This document shows, one piece after another, positions 17,331 through 30,722 of a DNA stretch of 64,000 bases. The stretch is from Octopus vulgaris. Its lineage: Eukaryota. Position numbers and translations under genes: made by a program. Every line of letters begins with the position of its first letter. The stretch's first letter is position 1. Under the pieces are notes generated by a model. The model did not search any database and was not told the origin of the DNA. It worked only from the letters and a program-made list of their open reading frames with translations. The stretch lies in NCBI GenBank assembly GCA_951406725.2, contig OX597814.1, forward strand, positions 59,582,001-59,646,000. Reading direction: 5' to 3'.

Positions 17331-17346
17331 CATTATTATTCATATA

Positions 17347-17560
17347 AAGGTGGAGGGCTGGCAGAATCGTAAGCAAGCCGAGCACAATGCTTAGCGGCAT
17401 TTTGTTTCTCTTTACGTTCTAAGTTGAAATTCCGACGTGGTCGACTGTAACTTTCATTCTTTTGGTGTCGATAAAATATGTACCCGCTGAATACTTGGGT
17501 TGGCGTAGTCGACTTACCCTCTCCCATAAAATCGTTGGCCTTGTGTTAAAATTTGTAATT
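17347..17560 (+). mobile_element. tRNA-derived SINE, family A
   Basis: AGGTGGAGGGCTGGCAGAATCG head, AAATTCCGACGTGGTCGAC body, (TAT)n tail. Confidence 0.8.
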
Positions 17561-17591
17561 ATTAATATTCTTCTTCTTCTTCTTCTTCTTC

Positions 17592-17674
<83 letters not shown>

Positions 17675-17701
17675 ATTATTATTAAAATTATTAAAATTAT
17701 A

Positions 17702-17773
<72 letters not shown>

Positions 17774-17778
17774 CATCA

Positions 17779-17830
<52 letters not shown>

Positions 17831-17841
17831 AATTTGCTTCA

Positions 17842-17908
<67 letters not shown>

Positions 17909-19069
17909 GTTATTATCAAAGTAAATAAATAACAGTTGACAAAATGGAGAATGGTATGATTAATCTTGCGAAGAAATAAAAAATATATGTCCTATCTGTT
18001 TGAAAATAAGTCATATATGTGTGTGTGTATGGGGTGTGAGCGCCTGTATTTATATTTATATTATGTATCTATGTTAACACGAATAAATAGAATAGATGTT
18101 GTGAAGGAAATGAAAAATAAATGAATGAAAGACGAGAAATATAAAAAAAGATCAATACATATTTATTATAAACATAAACACAAAAAGGCATTAAACAAAA
18201 AGATAATTTGCTGATTTGAAAGAAAAAAATTCAAATAAAAAGAAACCTATTGTGTTATAATATCTATCGTACATATTGATTCTCTGTTACATTCTTGAAG
18301 ACATCAGAAAATATTATAAAAAGACCTAATGAACAAAACAGCCTGCTTCTATAGAAATATAAAGAAAACAATAAAACATAGGGACATTTTTGCAAGATAT
18401 TTTTTGTATAAATTAATATTAAGAAAGGTTGAATAATAATATTGATTTCTTTGTCTATAATGACGCGTAATTTCAAGTAGGAATCAAAGTATCAAAGCCA
18501 AGTAAACGTGTTTCATCCCATGTTTTTTACGCATTTTCTTTATTCACAATAATACAGTGCACTCAAGGAAAAATTGTTTATATCCACAATCTCCGTTCTA
18601 AAATTAAATTTTTTATCCATTTCCCGAGGCAAATTTTACTTCCTCAACCAAGGCTCATATCAAAACTGAAAATGACATACATAGTCAACAAACGCACGGA
18701 TAGGTACATTCACAAACAAACACATGTGTATATGCGTATATGTATACATACACATATATACCTTACATGGATCTTTTCTGCTGCTATCACAGCTTTTTTT
18801 TATATATTTTGTTCCGATCGTTGCCAGATTTGGTGTACCGAATTCTATTTATATGCTAATTAGGAAAATGCAATTCGTTTTTACCACGAATCAACTAATA
18901 AAAAATTAAATACTTTTAAAATCTACAAATGTTAGAAGTTTTAACCAATATAAACTTGCAGCATATTTCAATAGTAACAGACAAGGCTGTAGTTGGCAGC
19001 ATGAACCACAACCACTAGCACATGTCCGTTCTTTAAGATACCTAATTCCTTTGATGGCGAGAAAAATAC

Positions 19070-19155
19070 TCTAACCCTAGCCCTAACACTAACCCTAAAC
19101 CCTAACGTTAAACCTAATACTGACCCCAAACCCTAACATCAACGCTAACCATAGC
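19070..19155. repeat. Degenerate interstitial (CCCTAA)n telomere-like repeat
   Basis: ctaaccctagccctaacactaaccctaaaccctaacgttaaacctaa...ccctaac. Confidence 0.75.
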
Positions 19156-19320
19156 TTACAGTTTATTTTATATTTAGTTTTGCATTTTAGTAACTTTTTT
19201 CTTAAATTGTTTCGTTGAAGACTTTTTTTCCCTCTGAAAATTATTTATGACACATGACAATCACTTCACAGGACTACTTCATTAAAACTTACTGAAATAT
19301 ATTGAAAGATAGTGAAACAA

Positions 19321-19770
19321 GGCGCGGGCGTGGTTGTGTGGTAAGAAATTTGCTTCCAAACTACATGGTTCCGGGTTCAATCCCACTGCGTAGCACCTTG
19401 AGCACGTGTTCTTTACAAAAACCTTAGACCGAGCAAAGCCTTGTGAGTGGATCTAGAGGGCGGAAACTGTAAGAAACCCTTCGTATATTTATATATATAT
19501 ATATATGTGTGTGTGTGCGTGTGTGTGTGTGTCTGTGTGTGTGTGTGTGAGTGTGTGTTTGTGTGTGTGTATTTGTGTGTGTTTGTGTTTGTTCCCTCAC
19601 CATCAGTTGACAACCGATGTTAGTGCGTTTATGTCCTCGTAGCTTAGAGGTTCGTCAAAATAAACCGATAGAATAAGTAAAGAGATTAAAAACTTTAATC
19701 CTGGGGTTGGTTTATTCGAATAAAACAGTTTAAGGCCTCACTAAAAATCACTGAAAAGTGTAAAAGAAAA
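19321..19770 (+). mobile_element. tRNA-derived SINE, family B, with internal (TA)/(TG) microsatellite
   Basis: A box TGGTTGTGTGG, B box GGTTCAATCC, body GCACCTTG...AAAGCCTTGTGAGTGGAT; homologous copy at 49569. Confidence 0.85.
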
Positions 19771-20089
19771 GAAGAATAAACTTCTTAAATCTTTTGCGGT
19801 CGTAATATCTTACTTTCATTTTGTTTATTAAAACTTTGTCGTCGTAATGCTTTTACTTTGATTTTGTGATATAGAGGTATCACACAGAAAATACCAGCTT
19901 CCCATTCTTGTGTTCTGGTTGCCTAAAAATTATCAAACTTTTTTTTTCTGTAGCATTTTGTAAAACTTTTCTGAAATAAATAAACCAGAGGTCGGATCCA
20001 GCGTGTAAAATTACGTTAATATAGCAAATTTGAAATTTTTCACTTAGCTTTAAAATTGCAAAATCTGAAGTAACAACAGAAAAAGATCC

Positions 20090-20160
<71 letters not shown>

Positions 20161-20161
<1 letters not shown>

Positions 20162-20522
20162 CCATCCGAACGTGGCCGTAGCCAGCACCGCATCGACTGG
20201 CCTCCGTGCTGGTGGCACGTAACAAGCACCATCCGATCGTGTCCGTGTCAGCCTCGCCTGGCCTCCGTACCGGTGGCACGTAAAAAACACCATCCGAGCG
20301 TGGCAATTGGCCAGCCTCGTCTGGCACCTGTGTCGGTGGCACATAAAAAGCACCCACTACACTCACGGAGTGGTTGGCGTTGGGAAGGGCATCCAGCTGT
20401 AGAATCACCGCCAGATCTGACTGGCCTGTTGCAGCCTTCGGGCTTCCTAGACCCCAGTTGAACCGTCCAACCCATGCTAGCATGGAAAGCGGACGTTAAA
20501 CGATGATGATGATGTTGATGAT
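20161..20522 (+). mobile_element. SINE/LINE 3' part with (GAT)n tail and internal ~60-bp tandem repeats
   Basis: Three units of GGTGGCACGTAAAAAGCACC, then GGAAGGGCATCCAGCTGTAGAA...CCCATGCTAGCATGGAAAGCGGACGTTAAACGATGATGAT. Confidence 0.8.
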
Positions 20523-20554
20523 ATATATATGAATGAGCCTTCTAATATAGAAAT

Positions 20555-20717
20555 ATTGGTTTCAAATTATGGCACAAGGCTAGAATTTCTGGGTGGGCGA
20601 AGTACGTCGATTACAAGTTCGACCTCAGCCCAATTTGAACTCCGTAAGTAAAGATAGTAGAAATGCCGCTAAGAAATTGACTTGGTGTGCTAATGATTCT
20701 GCAAACTCGCCACCTTA
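20555..20717 (-). mobile_element. tRNA-derived SINE, family A (internally deleted)
   Basis: Reverse complement reads AAGGTGGCGAGTTTGCAGAATC...CTTAGCGGCATTTC...GAGTTCAAATT..GAGGTCGAAC. Confidence 0.75.
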
Positions 20718-21090
20718 ATGCTCTAGTAGAAATATTAACAAATCAATCAAATATATGGAAATTTCAGGTAATTGTTTGATTGTTTACATTGATATTAATA
20801 CAGGTTGAATAACTATATTGATTTACTTGTAATATGATGCGTAACTTTAAGAGGGAATCAGAGAATCATTGTCAAGTGAACAAGTGTCAGTTTATGTCTT
20901 TTACACATTTTGTTAATTCACAATAACATATTACACGCAAGAAAAAATGTTTATATCCAGAACCTTAGTTCAAAAACTAAATCTTTTCTCCATTTCCCGA
21001 GGTAAATTATATTTCCTCATCAAGTCTGTAATCGAAACAAATATACAACAAATGCACAGACCCAAATATTCACAAATACAAGAGACACAC

Positions 21091-21149
<59 letters not shown>

Positions 21150-21349
21150 TATTGAAGACATTTCCTCATCGAATTGTGCTGTTGAATAGAGCTATAAATT
21201 GTATGCTAACCAAGATATTATTGTTAGCCACACCTCCGTCAATCCACGCTGTACAGGCTCAAATCCATAATATTTTGTAGGTAGATAAATGTCTATATTT
21301 CCCATCAGTCTCAGTTGCTTCATAGAAATATTTATTTCATATCAGTACC

Positions 21350-22160
21350 TGACTGGTACTTATTTTATTTTGTTGACCCCAGAAGTATTCCTTGCAAACT
21401 CTGTGCAATACCTATTTCTCTGTCTTATTTCAAACTTGGGATACACACATTTCATGTTTTGGGATGTTTGAGGCAATTTTCTGAATCCATTAAACGGAGT
21501 CTCTTCCATTTCCTCTGAAAGCAACTCTCTCATTTGGTACACCAATCTTCTTTCCGTTATTAATGTAACATCCCTTTACTATTCTGCTTGATTTCTTTTC
21601 TTAGTAAATGACTTTCTATCATTCATGAACAGTGGATGATATTGAGAGGGTATTCTTTTCTTGTCTATAGATATTATCGCGATAACAAATAAGAAGGAGG
21701 AAGAATCTTGCTGGGAGATAAATTTCTAACAACTGCACTTAACAATGATTTTACATTTACCATCAATCCATTAACTATTGTTTCCTACTAACAATGAGAT
21801 TCTCAACTGACAAAATTTTCAGCTATGCCAAACGTTCTAAGTGACACTCTAGTTCAAAAATGGTACCATGTAAATTTGTTTGAAGTCGATACAATGCACA
21901 GTTTGTCTATTCTTCCTTGTATTTCATGTTCTTTTTGTAAGCAAATAGACGATCTTTGGTACATTTAACTGTTTCGTGTGATATTTCTGTTCAATGAGTA
22001 GTGGATTGGTGTGCATCAAATGATTACATGCCATAACTGATTGCGACACGTAACCAGTCGACGAATTTTTAGTCTTCCCTCCGATGGATAGCATTATGAA
22101 TTTTTCGACACACTGATACATTATCATTCAGTGAAATTTTATCCAACATACTTAAACATT
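21350..22160 (-). mobile_element. Old Dong/R4-like RT relic (copy D)
   Basis: LLIEQK..TKDRL, CIDFKQ and RVCKEY fragments in broken frames; bounded by (TTC)n. Confidence 0.5.
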
Positions 22161-22507
22161 ATCTTCTTCTTCTTCTTCTTCTTCTTCTTCTTCTTCTTCT
22201 TCTTCTTCTTCTTCTTCTTCTTCTTCTTCTTCTTCTTCTTCTTCTTCTTCGTCTTCTTCTTTTCTTTCTTCGTCTTCTTCCTTTTCTTTCTCCTCCTCTT
22301 CATCTTCTTGTAGCTCATTTCGTTCTTAGTTCAAATTCACCGGAATCAAATCTGCTTTTCCTCTCTCGCGCCCGCAAGTGTCGGAAAAAGGAAGAACCAC
22401 TCATGTACTTGGGGTCAATGATAAACTTCTTACCATCAAAATGTTTGGATTCGTACCAAAATTTAAATCAATAATAATAATTATTATCATCATCATCATC
22501 GTTGTTG

Positions 22508-22593
<86 letters not shown>

Positions 22594-22999
22594 ATGTATA
22601 GATCCTCTCTCTATACATTTGCATTTATGTATCTGAGCTTAAAAGTATCAAAATCAATGTGTATAATTGATTTTTCTTCGCGTCTGATACAAGATCGTAC
22701 ATTGAGACAAAGGGCAATACTGAGAACGATGTTTTTATATTTACTGCTTTTCATACTGTTTTAATTTAGGAATTTCATGCTATTTCAGTTTAGGAACATC
22801 ATACCATTTCAATTAATTCATTAGTATGAAACTCAATTTTTAACGAACGTTGATGTTTATGTTGTTTCCACATTGACACTGCTTTTGATTTTCATTATTT
22901 TTTAATGAACAGAAAACCAAATTGTGCTGAAAGTAGTAAGTATATATTCCTTTAATTCATGTTTTCTTATTGATTATTTGTTAACATAATATAGAATTT

Positions 23000-23543
23000 G
23001 CCTTAACGAAATAAGATGTGCTGTAAGTGAGAAATCAGTGCCAGTGATAAGTTTAATCTCCAAAGAGATGTTATGCAATATATCCATCTTCACACATGCG
23101 ACCTGCAATTAATACATGTGCTTAATCAAGGGAATATGTTCGAACTCTAATCACCGAAGATATTCTCTGGTGCATTCTTCAGACACATTTTTGGACAAAT
23201 ACCAGCTCTGGTAACAGAGGAACTATTCATTAATTAGAAATTTCTTCAAGTTCAATAAGGTTCTTCGAAATTTCCCGCAGGCTGGACATTTTCTAAGCAG
23301 CTCTAATATCTAAATCTCTTAGATTAATTATTGTAATTTGTTAGACCGTTAAGTACATCTTTATAAATGAAATAGTTTGTTATATAATATATCCATATAT
23401 ACTATACTTCTAAGTCTGCTGATCTCTAATGGTTTTCCTGTTTCATATTTCTGGATATCTGCACAGGAGCTGACTAGAACTAGAGTGCAAGTTATTATAA
23501 TACCAATATAAAAAGAGGAGATAGAAAAAAGCATATTTTGCAT
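23000..23543 (-). pseudogene. Decayed LRR gene 5' region with signal-peptide-like start
   Basis: ORF MLFSISSFYIGIIITCTLVLVSSC.. then LRSIVYMDILYNKL (LxxLxxLDLxxNxL-like); after frameshifts KDVLNGLT, NLRDLDI, LIELEEISN..LLPELVF. Confidence 0.4.
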
Positions 23544-24349
23544 AAACCAATGGCTGAAGGTTATTGTTTGGCGTATATTTACATGTCGTCTTATTTACAA
23601 GTCACATAAAGTTAGTGAACAAAGTAATAGTGATATATTAGAAATATAAGCGTGACTGTTATGTGAGTCCAAATTCATATAGCCATTTAACAATTGATCA
23701 GGACAGTGTCCTGTATTTTGAATATTAAAAACATCCTATATTTTGGATAGAACCTATTAGTTTTATAGATATATGTTGCAAAAGAGAAGCTATTATTATT
23801 TCTAAAGAATTATATGTGTAGCAACTATTTTTTTTTTATTATACCAAAGAATAGAAAGTTCTTCAGTTTAACATCGCCAGTGCTGTTTAAGATAAGGTTG
23901 TCATCACAGCATTGAAGAATGATTCTCTTCGTAGAAACAATGCATTTCTAACGTGACATATCAAGCCGTATGTAGAAAATTTATGATACAAAGGAAATTT
24001 TATCTACGCTCCAGTAATGTGTTAGGTACTAGATCATAAATTACTACTGCTTTGTTTACGTCAACGAAGGAAATTGTACGTAGTCGCTTGGCATGCGTGA
24101 ATTATCGTCCAGATATCATTCTAATATTAACTTACTGCCTTAATACTGATTTAATATATTTCTTAATGTAGTCCTCAATAATATATGATAGAAAAGAAAC
24201 GAATCATACATGAGGTTAATAGTGACCGAGTGTTAAATATTCGGCATAGTCTCAGAGTCAAAAATTCATTTGTTGTATAAAGACTCAATTAAGATTTATC
24301 AACTTCCATTTGCGATGGGAAATGTTATCATACAGTAAAACAGCTTTCT

Positions 24350-24396
<47 letters not shown>

Positions 24397-24531
24397 CATT
24401 TAAATAATGAGGGAGATAAATTGTTCTGGTGTCCGCTGAATTTTCTCTGGAGAATATTCTTTCTTTGTAGTTTGATCATATGTGATCTTCTTCTAGCATA
24501 TGGCTGTCCACATAGTGGTTTTTAGCCCTAA

Positions 24532-24599
<68 letters not shown>

Positions 24600-24910
24600 A
24601 ATTAGTTGTGGGGCAGTGTAAAACAACATTATTCATGCAAATTTATAGCACATCAAGCTCCTCAGTTCACATAAAAATTGAGAAGCACACGCCCAGAACT
24701 CAGCAGATATTTTCTCGTATTGTTACTGATTGGCCCTACTTCAATCCTAATTGAGCATATCTTCTGGTAAAAGCATTTTCACCATGCTAGTCCTGTGTTC
24801 TTGAGTATCAACAATTATTTTTTTCCAAAGAGTCTAATCATTTTCCTTATAATTTCTCCGTCTCTCTACCTGGCTCTCGTCACACTCCTTTATTCTTACT
24901 TTCTCTCTTT

Positions 24911-24975
<65 letters not shown>

Positions 24976-26402
24976 AATTCTTTCATTTTCTTTCACGTTT
25001 TTGTTCTCTCTATTTCTGTATTAGATTTTAACCAAGTTCGGTGATATACACGCTCTGTTTAGGAAATATTTATTTTCCATTTGTAGCAAATCTGTATCAC
25101 AGTAGTAGCTCTTTTATTGGATCGACACTGAATGTTTCAGCAAGGGGAAAGGAAACGGGTATTTTATATTCAGTGGAATATCGAAACAGCTATAAGTGAA
25201 TACATGGTATTTAGGTTTACTCTTCAAATAAATTAATCTCTCTCTTGGGGACGAAGAATTTTATAATACTATTTAAAATGTGAGATTACGAATCTTAGAG
25301 AGATAAGTAAAGATGATATAGCTACCTATGTAAATTAAATTGCTGCCGTGTAAGAAATACTTTATAGAGTATATCTTACGATATATGCGTTAAAACATCA
25401 TGATCGTTCTCCTTGTTTCTGTGTGCTTTACAAGATTACTTTGTATTAGTGATTTTATAACGATGACAAGTGTAATTTAAGCTCTTTCATCATACGACTG
25501 AGACAATGATTCTGCACTGGATGATATCGACTTAAGATAAAACAAGAATTAAGATACTGTTTAACGTATATACGTTCAATCTATAATATGCTTACCATAC
25601 AACGTTACTACCGAAAACTTATATCAAAATTATTCTTTATAATAATATATTGGATTCAAATTTTGGCAGTTTTGGAGTTGTGGGTAAATCGATTAGATAG
25701 ACCCCAGTGCTCTACTGATTTTTATCTTATTGATTTGAAGGGATGAAAAGCAAGGCCGACTGCGGCGGAATTTGAACCGAGAAAATGAAAACGGATAAAA
25801 TGCCACTAAGCATTTTGCCTGGCACCTCGCCTTATAATGACAATATATTAATATATAAAATGCGTTTCATTTTTTTATGGAAATGTATACACGCAGATAC
25901 GCTGACATTAGTCGGACATAAGTGCAGTCAATTCACGTGGTTACAGGTTCATTCAATCGTGCGCTCTAGGAGCAACTGTATTCTATTATAGTCTCTGGCT
26001 GACCAAGAATTTGTGAGAGAATGCAGTGTAAGAGAGTAATTATTTAAAAGCCCTGCGTATATATGTGTGAACGGAGATTCGCGTTTGTCCCCTTTATATT
26101 CTTCAATACGGTGGATATAGACTTCCATGAACTCTCAACGAATCCTACAACTTCTCTTGTCTCAACCAATACGCTACTTTTGCTTAGAAAAGTTCGGCTA
26201 ATCCATTCCTCCAATCACAAAATGGTGTCAATAACATTTCTCTTCAAGACAAGAGGTTTGTGCTGTTTACGACTTGTTTGTTCAGGAAAGCGAGACTGAT
26301 AGAACAAATGTCGAATTGTAGGAATGCAAGTACTAGGATCAATTTGATTGATTAAATATTTGCTTCCGATTTATCTATTTACATTGCCATTTATTTTATC
26401 GG

Positions 26403-26460
<58 letters not shown>

Positions 26461-26560
26461 CATCTATATAATGAAGGGTGAAATTAATTAATTTGGAATA
26501 ATTATCAATTACACCAGGTAGTCTTCGGCATGTAAAAGCCTCATTATTACTTACTATCCA

Positions 26561-26778
<218 letters not shown>

Positions 26779-26879
26779 TCTAAATCTCTCAATAAGAGAC
26801 ATTCAGTAACAGAACACTAAATGAAGATTATTTGCCAACATAATGTGGCAATCCCAGTTCGGGATCTTGGTCCGTCGCC

Positions 26880-27050
26880 TGACAAAGTTCTTCCAAGGTA
26901 ACAAAAAGTAGGATAGCTTAAGGTTAGTGATAGAACACGCAGGGCTTATTCTGTAGCTCTTAAGAGAAGCGAAAAAAGTAAAGTAGGTCTGATGGTCCTA
27001 TGACTAGACTTCGCAAGTGCCTAAGGTTGCATGCCACACAAAGGAAGATC
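26880..27050 (+). mobile_element. HERO/NeSL-like RT fragment (duplicated near 37665-37835)
   Basis: IEHAG...EAKKSKVGLMVL*LDFASA*GCMPH resembles EA....DLAVLWLDLANAYGSIPH; follows (TAT)n. Confidence 0.5.
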
Positions 27051-27099
27051 ACCAACTTCAGGAAAATGCAAAATATCATTAGACCATAGTTGCAAAGAA

Positions 27100-28550
27100 A
27101 CTAAAGTTTACCTTCTGGATAAAATAGATATGTTAGAAATAATGAAGAAAGCTAAAAATGTTTCTTTTGCAGAAAAAGCTGTAAATGAAGTAACAACGGG
27201 AAAGTAAAGAGCTGGAAAAGAAAAAAACAAAGATTCCTAAAAAACGAATTTAAAATTTGGGGAATATTTCACTAACAAAATTTAGCAGGTAATCATGAAT
27301 ATTGTAAAAGAAACATTATTTATAGACTAACTTACCAATGAATAACTAAAGAATTGCTAGATGTTCTTTTGAAAGGTATCAGGGTTGATAATATACCAGT
27401 GATATTATAAATAATACACTTGGATCCATCAGTTGAAATGTGTAAAAATACTTTACTCCGAGAAACTGTTGATACTTGCAGGAAAATAATTTTTTATTTA
27501 CAATTTTAAAGAACGGAAATTAACAGAAACTGATTAAAACAATGGCATTAGGTTAACAGTTATTTCAAACATATAGGCAGATACATAATCATAATTAAGA
27601 ATCAGCAAAAAATTTTTTATCCAGGAACATCAATAATATTGCAAGCAGTTGCAATAAATTGTTATATCATTTGTAGATTCCAGCAAAATATTCACATCAC
27701 TTCACCCAATTAAACCTATGCAGATTTTTAGTGTGTACCGCCTCTACAAAAGATAGAATCAATATTCTCTTCAAAGAAATTCTCTCTCAAGATTTATCAC
27801 CTGATAGCTATACAGATTTCTTCGAGCTTCTGGGGGAGTTTCCAAGATGGCACCTTAGCAGCGTCCCTGTTCGTTATGGTCTTTCAGTACACATTACGAA
27901 ATGCAGAATGAAATGCAGGAAAAATATTGTTTTTACTGCCTTCTCGAAAGCCTGAGATAATGTCGGTTCTATAAATAGTGGTACGAATTACGCAGACGTT
28001 AGGGGCCGTACTTCTAATACTATCGTCGAAGGTCAATCGCTATTTCAATGAGTTAAATTAGCTGTTAAGCAGATCTGACTATACGTTAATGGGCACTTGA
28101 TATGTGTAAATGACTTTCAAATTATTGAAATTTTTTTAATAGAAAGCTCAACGAGAGACCGTGATTTCAGAATTGAAATGGTGTAATCAACATTGAATAA
28201 ACTGCTTATCGTAGAGAAAGGAAATTTATATAGATGACATCAAGATACAGTTTTTAGAAGTTGCTCAAGAAATTGAATTCAAATATGAATTTAAATGCTG
28301 GTCTCTTATAAAGTTTATAACAAGCAGACTCAGTGGAACACATCAAAATCCAAAGACGAGCGATAAGAGAATTCTTAAGAGAAGCATTCATCGGACACTG
28401 AATTATATGGAAATACATCATTATTAACAAAATCCTTAAACAACGCAAACTTCAGGGACACTGTTGGGGGGACGTAAAGCGGAAATTGTATATCACCTCT
28501 TAATATGGAGACCAATACTTAGTGATGGAAGAAGCAGCCACGAAACAAGT
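27100..28550 (+). mobile_element. Degenerate RTE-like LINE RT (duplicated near 37885-39335)
   Basis: ISFVDSSKIF (FVDFxKAF-like), QDGTLAASLFVMVFQYTLR, NYADV at ~27987. Confidence 0.6.
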
Positions 28551-28559
28551 GTTTTTTTT

Positions 28560-29718
28560 CTATATAATTTAAAACACGTCATATATACATAGTAATAGTG
28601 AGGAATAAAGTTTTTAAATATCTGGTATTTTGGATAGAAAATATAACACAGTGTATGTATAGCTACTAAGATATTTTGCTGTATGAGCAAAGTAATAAGA
28701 ATATATAATCTTAGCAACATTAGGATCAAACATCTAGATAGCAACAAACTGAATTTTCGGGCATTAAGATATGGTTTGAGAATATCTTATCTCGAGGCTT
28801 TCTGCTTACTGTAAAAATGCCAAAACGTATTCTGCTTTAACATTCCTTAGTTATAGCAGAGCACATCTATACATTAAAGACATCATGTCATTTATAAACA
28901 TGTACAATTTTAATATTTAGTCTCCAATGAAATTAGATTTATAGAAGAGGCTTTATAAAGACAAACGTGGGTAATCTATGTTGTGTTCATGGTGGAATGA
29001 ATTTAGATACATCAGCATACATGTTGTCTTAACATTAAATAAATACATTTATATTTGTTAATCATGATATTTGTGTATAATATTTTATGCTATTGTTTGT
29101 ACAGGCATACATGTCACGTACACACATATGATTAATGGGAAAAATACGTTGCTTATTTCTCATGTTATTTGAAAACACAAAGGTATTATAAATTCTAAAA
29201 TATTTTCTTTTATTCTTATCCATGCAAACATTTGCCTTTGTCAAATATATTTTCCTAGCACAGTTAAATAATATAATATTCTATTTTCAGATCCATAGGA
29301 CTAATAACTTTATAAATACTGCTTGTATATGCTTTCAAAGCCCTGTCAGCAAAAATACTATAATCATTAGAAATACACAAACGCACACACACACATACAC
29401 ACACGCACACATATATATATGTATATACAACTTATAAACAAGGGCAAAAGAAAATTATTTATATGCCAATATGCTGATAACAGACTTTTAAATCGGCAAT
29501 TTCCACATATTATTATACTCACTACAGAAATACGTTGTGCTGAAATCGAGGAAAGCTAGCCAACAGAATTTTTTTAAAAGTTCGTTATTTCTATATTGAA
29601 TCAATTTCGGAATTAATTTCATTTTTTCCTCTTCAAGAGGAAAACACCCTATTATGAGATAACAATCGCAGTAATGGAGACATAGGAATTCAAAATGGGA
29701 ATAACTAGCGAATATCAA
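28560..29718 (-). pseudogene. Decayed LRR coding remnant (duplicated at 39350-40503)
   Basis: CLHYCDCY..GC..MKLIPKLI..LDFS resembles LRRNT plus the first repeat; LYILITLLIQQNILVAI..QIFKNF; LRRCT-like YYCDTDLL..ACISPNL near 25040-25110. Confidence 0.4.
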
Positions 29719-30253
29719 TTTTAAAAGACAATAACTAAGTTATGCTATTAAGTTAGACATGGCCTGGACCAATCTTTAGTCGAAACATATCTAAGCTTAT
29801 CTAAGTTTATCTAATTTTAATTATAAGAAATTTAAAACTACAATTAATACTATTAATACATGTATATACAAACTTTAGACACCTCGTATATTTGCTATCA
29901 AACATAAATCTATCGCTAAGTAGTATCTTACAAATAAACTTAAATTTAATATCTAATAATATAGAAAATTACGATAATTAGATCGTTACATAAACAACAA
30001 TATTTACAGAAGGAAAATATTATTACACCAAAGACTTATAAAATATTAAAATTTGCAATTTAAAGATCTAAAATATAAATAAATACTTATCTTAGCGAGG
30101 TTTAACATTATAATTGATTTTGATATAATCATAATTGTTAAGCTTTAAGTTTCTAGTTTGATAATATAGTTTATTATAAGTAAAATTATTATATTATTTA
30201 CATCTTAAAAAGATTGTTTAAATATTTCTGATTATTTTTAGAATATTTCAATT

Positions 30254-30346
30254 AACCTGAAGATTGACTGTAACCATAACTCGAATTATTAATTGAATTT
30301 AAATTATTATTATTCGAATTGGTACAGCCATAAAACGATCGTAGTG
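30254..30346 (+). ncRNA. Degenerate type I hammerhead motif with long helix II (duplicated at ~41039-41131)
   Basis: CTGAAGA; stem TGACTGTAACCA/TGGTACAGCCA; AAAA instead of GAAA; palindromic CGATCG; TA. Helix I is poor. Confidence 0.5.
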
Positions 30347-30606
30347 TTTTACTCTTTATCTTTTATTAAACTTTTAATAATTTTGATATATAAAAAAAAA
30401 TTAATAATTAATTAATTAATTAATAATTAAAATAATATATAAATATAAAGATATATACATACATACATATATATATATATATATTTGTATATATATATTA
30501 AATTATTTAAATAATTTTTTATTTTTATATTTTAAATTAATTTTATGTATTGGCTTATGTTTGTCACTGTTTGATTTGCCTAATAGTGGTTGTATCTCTA
30601 ATTTAA

Positions 30607-30640
<34 letters not shown>

Positions 30641-30688
30641 GGCGGTGCACTACACACATTTTTTCTCTCCTTGTTTTTTCTCTGTCCC

Positions 30689-30722
30689 TTTCTGTAGAAG
30701 AGTGTAGACTCGAAACGTAAAA
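30689..30722 (+). ncRNA. Ultra-minimal hammerhead-like motif in a ~180-bp TA-inserted PLE-type end (duplicated at 41476-41509)
   Basis: TTT CTGTAGA A GAGT gtag ACTC GAAA CG TA AAA. Confidence 0.6.

Noticed and set aside
19321-19395. Possible tRNA genes here and at 49569 and 50446-50585
   Set aside because: Cloverleaves are degenerate and continue into SINE bodies.
20161-20350. Regularly spaced short repeats resembling a CRISPR array
   Set aside because: Eukaryotic context, spacers are similar to each other, no cas genes, and it lies within a SINE.
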